Positions 58,350-64,000 of a stretch of 64,000 nucleotides of DNA are shown in pieces. Source of the stretch: Zygnema circumcarinatum SAG 698-1b (lineage: Eukaryota > Plantae > Zygnematophyceae); assembly GCA_037447605.1 (NCBI GenBank), contig CM074814.1, positions 1,798,001-1,862,000 of the forward strand. The letters run 5' to 3'. Within the stretch, counting starts at the first letter, position 1. Each line of letters opens with the position of its first letter. A program made the translations under genes and the position numbers. The notes under the pieces are model-generated. The model was not told the origin of the DNA. It searched no databases and saw only the letters and a list, made by a program, of their open reading frames with translations.

Positions 58350-59687
58350 CTAGGAACCACAGCGCTTCCACTTCGTGTAGTCACTTCCGTCGCTCACTAC
58401 AAGCCCTATTCCCTGCTGGGGGACCACATCGCCCTGCAGCTTCCCCACCCCAAGATAGTACATCCTGAAGCTCTCGTCCGGCATAGCCACCACATACGGC
58501 GTCGCAACTATCTCATTGTCCCACACATCCTCGCCCTTTCGAGACTTCAGAATTGGGCCGCCGGGCTGCTCTCCTACTCCCGTCGCTCTCTCCCACACAA
58601 TTCCATCAACGCTGGTGGCCAAGCCAATGCCAAAGTTAAACATTATATCAGAGCCTTCATAAAACATAACAAACTTATCACCAATGCGCAGAACGTGACG
58701 CACTGACACCCCCCCATCATCCCAGGAGCCCGAAGCACCTCTAGAAAGTACTTTCCCATGCTTCTTCCACTTCAAGCCGTCGTCGGAAAGTGCAAGCCCC
58801 ACAGAAAAAGAAGGAATTTCCAACTCTGAACCTCTCTCTCGCGTGTGATATGTCATCAACCAAGAACGAGAGAGCGGGCCCCTCCCTCCAGGAGGAACAA
58901 CTCTAGCCCACGCAATTCCAAGCTCGTCGAAGTCGCCTGGCATTCCAAGCTGAAGTAGGGGCTCGCTCGGCCTAGTGTAATTGATTCCATCACTTGACTC
59001 TGCAAATCCTGGGCGTATTCTGACCCCTTTGAAGGTGCCTTTCATCCCCGGAACTTCCCCATCCTCCAGTCCTGCACCAAGGTAGAACATTCCCCAACGA
59101 TCCGGTTTGTTTTCTTCTGTTATTCTCACCACGTCACTGACTGCAATCTGAACAGAGTCAAAGGCCTCGACATCCTCAGAAGGATCCATGATTGCGCCAT
59201 TCTTCAATGGCCCTCTAAACCTCTTCCACTTAATTCCATCTTCGCTTGTTGCCAGCCCTATTCTGCCCGTCGGGATGGGACCAGGTGGTACCACCCCTTT
59301 GCTCCAGGAGTCACCATCCCTTCCATAATAGTACATGCGCCATTGGCTGTCTGCTAATTGCTCAATTGCCCCGTCCATGTCTTCCTTGCCGTTCAGATGA
59401 TCTCCTGCCGCCTGCCTTAAAGGAGGTACGACAACAGCCCCAGAAAAGCAGCGCGCATCCCACCACTCTTCCTGCATCGAGGGTGGCCCAAATACTCTCC
59501 CCTCATACCTACAATCCACACCCCTCCCACTCGCCTCTGCTCGCAAAGCCATCCGATTATCCTCTCTCGTCGAACATGCAGCCGCCATGGATCTCGCCAA
59601 ACCACCATAAGCCCACATGCAGGACTGTTCTTCTCGGAAAGGCACAGGCCTCAGCCATGTGCTTGTAAGGCCAAACGCCAGGCTCAT
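58350..59687 (-). CDS. Five-bladed beta-propeller glycoside hydrolase-like protein (arabinanase/levansucrase/invertase superfamily), intronless, probable transit peptide
   Basis: 445-aa ORF with repeated blade motifs WDA....VV, MYY.G, IGLA.S.DG..W, FD...I....V, WDD.GV..RHV, WD...VATP.VV. Confidence 0.75.
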   Translation of the reverse strand: MSLAFGLTSTWLRPVPFREEQSCMWAYGGLARSMAAACSTREDNRMALRAEASGRGVDCRYEGRVFGPPSMQEEWWDARCFSGAVVVPPLRQAAGDHLNGKEDMDGAIEQLADSQWRMYYYGRDGDSWSKGVVPPGPIPTGRIGLATSEDGIKWKRFRGPLKNGAIMDPSEDVEAFDSVQIAVSDVVRITEENKPDRWGMFYLGAGLEDGEVPGMKGTFKGVRIRPGFAESSDGINYTRPSEPLLQLGMPGDFDELGIAWARVVPPGGRGPLSRSWLMTYHTRERGSELEIPSFSVGLALSDDGLKWKKHGKVLSRGASGSWDDGGVSVRHVLRIGDKFVMFYEGSDIMFNFGIGLATSVDGIVWERATGVGEQPGGPILKSRKGEDVWDNEIVATPYVVAMPDESFRMYYLGVGKLQGDVVPQQGIGLVVSDGSDYTKWKRCGS

Positions 59688-60092
59688 GGTACAGCCCTTC
59701 CCCCCTCTGCTCCTCCATGCTCCTCCTTTTGTGAGTCATCAACAGCCCCAATCGAAGCGTCGCTTTGCAGGAAGGGCGGAGCTTCCAAAGAGAACCTCCA
59801 GACATTCAAGGAGAGGGAGAGAGAGCCACATTAGGCAATACGTAACAGAGAGAGAGAGAGCGAGTGAGAGCGAGATGGGGACAGGTCGAGCCGACGGCGT
59901 GCGGAAGTGCCATCGCCGGTGGGGAACCCATGCGTCGTGACCAGTCGTGACGTCATGTGACATCGTCCTAAAGTGCACGTCACCGCCGGCGCTTGCTCCC
60001 CTCCGCCCGCCTTCTGCGCTGCCTTTGTCGCTTAAAAAGAAAGAACGGGCCGGAGGCTATGGCCATGGCCTTGGCTGTGGCCGGCGAGAGCT

Positions 60093-63000
60093 ATGGCGGC
60101 AGCGCAGCTATGCGCAGGAAGCCTCATGAGGAGGTTTCCTGGGAGGTGCGATGGGTCCGAGACGGCTTGTTGGAGGGGTGGGAAGGGAGGGGCGAATGTT
60201 TGTGTGAGGCGGTGTGGGGAGATGGCCCGGGCATCTGGAGGAGGAGAGGGAGGTGACGGCGGTTTGATTGAGAGGGGAGGCAAGGCGGTGGCTGGATCAG
60301 TGGCTATCGTGGGAGGGGGGCTGGGAGGGCTGGCGACGGCCTTAGCCATGAGGGGGCGTGGCATTGACGCACAGGTACGTTTTCATGGGCTCCCATTTGG
60401 TTTATGCGTCAGGTGAGTGGTAATTGTAGTAAATTGAGCTGTGTAGGAGGTTTTTTTTTCGCCCAATCCGTGTCGCTCCAGTTTACGCAATCCGTGGTTG
60501 CAGAGATACAGGAATGAGTTTTTGCCGTATAATATCTTGAACAGGTGTATGAGAAGAATCATATGATCGCTGGAGGGGAGGGGACAATGATTTCCTTATT
60601 CTCCAATGGAATCTGTGCGTTATCACATATCGATCCAGCTATTGTTCCACAGGTGAGGCCACGCAAACAGTACTGGCAGCTGGTGAAATAAAGCAGCGAA
60701 AATAGAATGCAAACATGGGATCCCACTTTCTTTTTCATATTTTGATTAAGGAAAGTCTGCTTCTCCCTATTTCCATAATTCTCAATCTAACGTATTCCAT
60801 TGAAGCAAAGCCTGCAGCTCAAAGTGGCAGGAGTTGCAAACCCTGTGTGTCTCAACTGCACACCATCCGGCCAACTGGTCGCGAATTGGGACATTTCCAC
60901 AAAAATGGAGTCCAAGTACGGATATCCGATGATTGCTATTCGCTGGCGGTCTGTGCTGGACATTCTGAGCCGACTTCTGCCTGCAGACTGCATCCACACG
61001 GGGCATGAGTTTGTTGGGGTTGAACAGGTGAGCTGAGGATTGTGTGAATCCAAGATCGTTTATTTTGTCGTAGCAGGAGGGAATGTGCTCCGAATGATAT
61101 GAATTTTTCAACAGGGATTGACGAATCTTCAATTCAATTCAATTCAATTCCAGGTACAGTTTGACGCAAGATTTTTCTCTTTAACGAGAAGGGGAAAAAA
61201 GAGGGATTTTTCTCTTTCGTTCAATTCACATATTCGATTGGTATCGAAATTGGCTGCTTCTACATGCAAAAGGCCACTCCGCGGGCGACTCCTTTTTTGG
61301 CTCGGCGATTCTTGCAATTGTGTTCACCGCGGTTGTCTTGGATGCAACACTATTAGTACCATCAGAACTGCATATGGTTCCCGATTCAATAGAATACAGC
61401 CAGGTCGTTATTCCAATGAATTGGTCTGCAATATGCGTAGTGACTCGCTTCAAAAAAAGTCGTGTGATCGGGGATGCAGGACGAAGCAAAAGTTATCGCA
61501 AAGTTCAAAACAGATGAGGGAGAGAAATCTGTAGAGGTGAGGACAGTGCCCTGACCCTGCACCCTTCGCAAGGCTGCAAGTCGTTTTAACTATTACGCAT
61601 TCTTGTTGTAACTTCCTTCTATCGATACAGTATATACCGATACCGACACACCCTGCAGAGAAGAATCGTCTCGCTTAGAACTTTCCAAAATTTATCATTA
61701 TTTATTATTTATCATTTAGCATCTGGTCGTCAATGTCACATCTGCCACCCTATCTCAACCCGAGTGACACCTCTTGTCAAAAAGCTTAAACTTCGCTTCA
61801 ATCCTACTGATGTTTTAAGTACCCTCCCAGTGATTGGGAGCACGTCCTCACCTCAGCTTCTCTCCAACAGCGCTGCCAGAAAGTCCCCTCGCGTGCTGCC
61901 TCATTCCCCTCTCCCTCTCTCCCTCCTTTTGCGTGTGAGAGAGAGCCGTACGGTCGGCCCCTCTCACAAGTCCTGTCCTGTCGCTGTGCTGTGCAGGCAG
62001 CGCTGCTGGTGGGTGCAGATGGCCTGCGTTCCAACGTTCGTGCCGACGTGGCTGGCCCTCATTGGCCACACGACAATGAGCGCACCATCTGGAGGGCGAT
62101 GGTTCCCATCGACCGCTGCGCGCACCCTGTGAGTGCTCCTACCGGCGCCCTCGTTTCTGAGCACCATCCAATACCAGGGCCAGAACCACCACGCAGTGGT
62201 GGGAACATGCAGGGTGTGTCCCTCCCCACACAATGTCACAACCCTAATTTTGGCTGCCATGGCAGCTGGTGGAAGGTGGGCACATAGTGGCAGCTGTGGG
62301 AGAAGGGCGCACTGCCACCATAGGGGACGCGGGAAGCGAGTGGCTCTATTGGGCATACACGGTAACAGATGCGGTGAGGGGAGAGGGAGTGCCCACACGG
62401 TCGAAGGATGGGGAGGAGGCAAAGGAACTTCTGCGGAATTACTTTCAGGGATGGGATCTTGCTCTGCACGTGTTGGAGGTGGGGGACACCCTGTCTTGGC
62501 TGGAGGATGAAAGGGATTTTTGAGGTTAAGAAGGGTTAAAGTAAGTGGATACCATTGTTGAGAGGGGTTTCTAGGAGGAGTGAGTGATGCGCTTTTTTGA
62601 CAAGCTGGTAATCTAAACAAAAGTTTAGATTGTACATGAAAGTGTGATGCTGCAAGGAAGCATGTCCGGCCGTGCAGGTGACTGAGCCGGATGCCATTCT
62701 GGAGAGGCGAGTTCTTAATTTGCCTGTTCTCGATCAATGGGCGTACGGCCGAGTAGCGCTCCTGGGAGGTAAGCTAGCTGTTTTTTTCTCTGTTTTTTTA
62801 AGGCTTGAATGATTGTCAGTCCCGCACTATGTTTTTCACGCTGCAATTAATCTGTGTCAGCTTTAAGTGATCACATGCTTCTCCCCGCAGATGCTGCCCA
62901 CGCAGTGGTGCCTGTGCTGGGCCAAGGCGCCAACCTCGCCTTTGAAGATGCATGGGAGCTTGCCAATCAACTAGCTTCAGCCCCGGACGCAAGGTATCCA

Positions 63001-63438
63001 TTCTGATGGATTCTGCTTGAGAGAGAGCAGAGAGAGAGCTTGTTGAGGAAAGAGCAGGGAGGATAGCCCACCAACAGATGAAGTAATTCCCTGCATGGGA
63101 GGCACCTGGCAGCTATCCTCCAGTCCCGTCGCATTCTGGATAGCCGCCATCCATCGCTGCACTTTCATGCCATGTCTCCCTCCCTCCCTACCTCCCTCCC
63201 TCCCTCTCCCCTCCCTCCCTCCCCCCTCCCTCCCCCCCCTCCTCCCTCTGGCAGGAGCGCGCTGAAAGAGTACGAGGCAGTGCGCATCCCTCGAGCTCGA
63301 GCCATCGCAGCGCAGAGCATGGGAGCGTCTGCCAAAACGTACGCCTCCTCGATTGATGAACAGACAGGGCCGCCCAAGCATGGAGACATGGCGAGGTTTC
63401 AGGACTACATGTACGGCTATGTGGGAGGGCGCCTGTGA
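60093..63438 (+). CDS. FAD-dependent monooxygenase (aromatic-ring hydroxylase / zeaxanthin-epoxidase-like family), multi-exon
   Basis: VAIVGGGLGGLATALAMR (Rossmann fold), LLVGADGLRSNVR (DG motif), GRVALLG|DAAHAVVPVLGQGANLAFEDAWELA (GD motif), ALKEYEAVRIPRA. Stop at 63436-63438. Confidence 0.9.
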
Positions 63439-64000
63439 GGGAGGCCGCTTGAGTGAAAGTTGGGTGGGTTATATCGTGTTATGCAATGCAGCTGCTTGTT
63501 TAAGAATTGGGCTTTTTAAGTTGTATTTTTTTTTTAAATGGACATGCGGTAGCGGAGTTGAGCATTGTCCGAGAGAGGTGATGCCTGTGTGCAGCTACAC
63601 GTCCCTTTATGTCCATTTTGCCCTATGCAGCAGCTTGTAGGCGTGGGGAGGTCGAAGGGAGAGAGATAGTTATGACTTAATTACGTTGCATGTGTCCGCC
63701 AATGTTTGTTGATCTGCATTCTAACTTTAAAAACATCTCCTTAAAATCTCAATCTCAATGCTAAAGCAAAATAATTGCAACCAAGCAGACAGAATAAATT
63801 GTGCGTATTCTCAACTGCCGCACACGCAACTAGGAATGCATGCATTGAACAACATCAACATGGAACATTGAACGCTAGAAAGGTTGCAAATCTCTCCTAG
63901 AAAGGTTGGTGGTCCAAGAAGATCTTTGGAGCACGTCACGAGACTCGAACAAGCGACCTCTGCCCCGACCCCCCCTCCATTCAGAACTACAGTACTGTCG

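Overview
Eukaryotic nuclear-type window. The gene set and intron style suggest a green plant lineage, probably a streptophyte alga; this is inference. From 5.1 kb onward the content is mostly ordinary: an unknown type II membrane protein, B12D, nuclear-encoded mitochondrial RPS18, UGGT (ending in KDEL), a TSP9-like gene, a CHASE-domain hybrid histidine kinase, an intronless F-box/PP2 gene, an intronless five-bladed-propeller glycosidase-like gene and an FAD monooxygenase. It also holds a very recent Osser/Ty5-type Copia insertion (identical LTRs, AGGGA target site duplication) and several small LTR relics. The standout is 1-5136, a fold-back (palindromic) DNA unit. It encodes a phage-type family-B DNA polymerase palm/thumb with both catalytic Asp residues but an altered dNTP pocket, plus a convergent 120-aa ORF with an NLS-like motif. 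The unit turns around at a structured 80-nt hairpin-like loop carrying repeated motifs. This could be the hairpin telomere of an undescribed linear plasmid or virus-like replicon, or a whole-genome-amplification or assembly fold-back artefact. Four 10-N gaps, three of them flanked by duplicated sequence, show that the assembly inflates copy number here.
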